DNA of 64,000 nucleotides from Leidyana gryllorum EB-2025a (lineage: Eukaryota; Protista; Apicomplexa): contig JBLWGC010000177.1 in the NCBI GenBank assembly GCA_048772705.1, forward strand, positions 1-64,000, given 5' to 3'. The notes beneath the pieces are model-generated. The model was not told the DNA's origin, did not search any database, and saw only the letters and a list, made by a program, of their open reading frames with translations. A program made the position numbers and the translations under genes. Of this stretch, positions 62,770-64,000 are shown one piece after another. Numbering within the stretch: position 1 is the first letter of the stretch; each line of letters starts with the position of its first letter.

Positions 62770-64000
62770 ATGCATTTACCCCCAGTTTACTACGCCTTCA
62801 TCTTGGAGTATCTGACTATTGATGAATTCCCTCGATTTCGAGGAGTCTCGAGAAACTGCCGACGGGGAGTCGATCGTCATTTAATAACCCGAAAGATCAA
62901 CATCGATAACGACCACGCGAATAGCCCCCAACTATTCGATCTCCGCAATTGGCCGCATATGAATGACTGGCTACGCCGCTCGGCCATTCCCCTCGAAGAG
63001 TTGACACTCCGAGAGGACATGACCTCCCACGGTAGTTGTTGGGACGTCTTTGTCACTTTGGCTCGTGTTGGACTCCCAAACTTGAAGAAACTCACAATGA
63101 CTGTGAGATTCCCAACAAGCTATGACATGACGAGTCTCCTGGAAGTCTCTCTCCCACAACTGACTTACTTCAAGTACGAAGACGCCGACCCCTTCTCGAA
63201 AAAGGTCGCGCCTCTCTGGAGACTCAGCGCGCCCAAACTCAAAAGACTGATCATGTCGGCTACGTGTCTCGACACCATTGATGCAGAACTGGCCAACCCA
63301 TACCGGCGCCAGCTCCGCGGCTTCCGCGGGGGCGAGACACGCAATAAAACCCGTTTCGTCTTTGATCGCAGTTTGATTGATGGCTATGCTGCCTTTATGT
63401 ACAATGACAGAGAACAAGACGTCAGTGTCGCTCGTTGGGACGAAGACGGTCTCACGTTCCGAGCCGAACCCCCAAATGTCCACTCGCCTCTCAGCAGAGA
63501 GGACTCACCCGACTTGCACACCAATCAAGTCTTCGGCCTGGAACTCAAGAGTCCAGAGTATTGGACCAAAGATCCCGAGCGGTGAGTTCTGCGCGGCAAT
63601 CTTCAGTTTGATATATTTTCTTCACTTTCTCCTTCAGAGTAGAAGAAACCCGCATGGGACTCATCACTTATTCGAGAAACTTCAAGTCCTCATGGCACCG
63701 TCCCATAGTCGAGGCCATTATGGACTGCAAAGGAGAATCCGTTCCTGTCACTTGGTGCAGCGGACAGCACTGGAAGTGGCGTGAACTGGCGGAGACGCAT
63801 CAAATTAAGGGTCTATTCGACTGGGTCGATGCTGTCCCGCTCGGTCACTACCTCACTGGCGATGAGGAAATCATAGAGCGGTCTGTCAGACATATGCTGT
63901 ACGTCGGAGACCAATTCCGGAGCCGCCGCTTCAAGTGGAACACTGGGTGGGAGATCGTTATCCCCAATGAGTGCGTCGAGTTTGTCGGAGACGGAGGGAT
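62770..64000 (+). CDS. F-box/LRR-like family paralog 8 (3'-truncated by the window edge)
   Basis: MHLPPVYYAFILEYLTIDEFPRFRGVSRNCR (clearest F-box), WLRRSA, VGLPNL, LSAPKLKRL. Intron 63582-63637 (56 nt, phase 2) opens exon 2 with WRELAETHQIKGLFDWVDAVP. Confidence 0.83.

Noticed and set aside
1-64000. Prokaryotic or viral origin; tRNA, rRNA or transposase genes
   Set aside because: Spliceosomal introns and eukaryote-specific genes occur throughout. No such RNA or mobile-element signature was recognised by eye, though small ncRNAs could be missed.

Overview
Gene-dense eukaryotic DNA with many short GT-AG spliceosomal introns (mostly about 37-56 nt, a few up to about 120 nt), so most six-frame ORFs are exon fragments or antisense shadows. 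A cyclophilin-SYF2 fusion, a plasmepsin V/ASP5-type protease and extreme compaction point to an alveolate, most plausibly a gregarine-like apicomplexan (inference, not proven). About 4-43 kb is mostly housekeeping or hypothetical genes: C2-phospholipase D, kinesin-7-like motor, TAF1B/Rrn7-like factor, PhoD-like protein, Vps15-like protein, NAF1, UBE2K-type E2, PMV-like protease, a deaminase fusion, a GT14-like glycosyltransferase and Cyp-SYF2. The main feature is a highly diverged family of about 580-680 aa F-box/LRR-like genes. There are eight paralogs, all on the + strand: one at 0.3-2.3 kb and seven between 43.1 kb and the window end. Seven share a phase-2 intron at the homologous site and one precisely lacks it. 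A His/Gly/Pro repeat protein, a secreted M16C metallopeptidase and a small secreted protein lie between them. The second highlight is a spliced cytidine-deaminase + RanBP2-like zinc finger + winged-helix-like fusion, a candidate nucleic-acid editing enzyme. I recognised no rRNA, tRNA, CRISPR array or transposon. All gene models were spliced by eye and no database searches were run.
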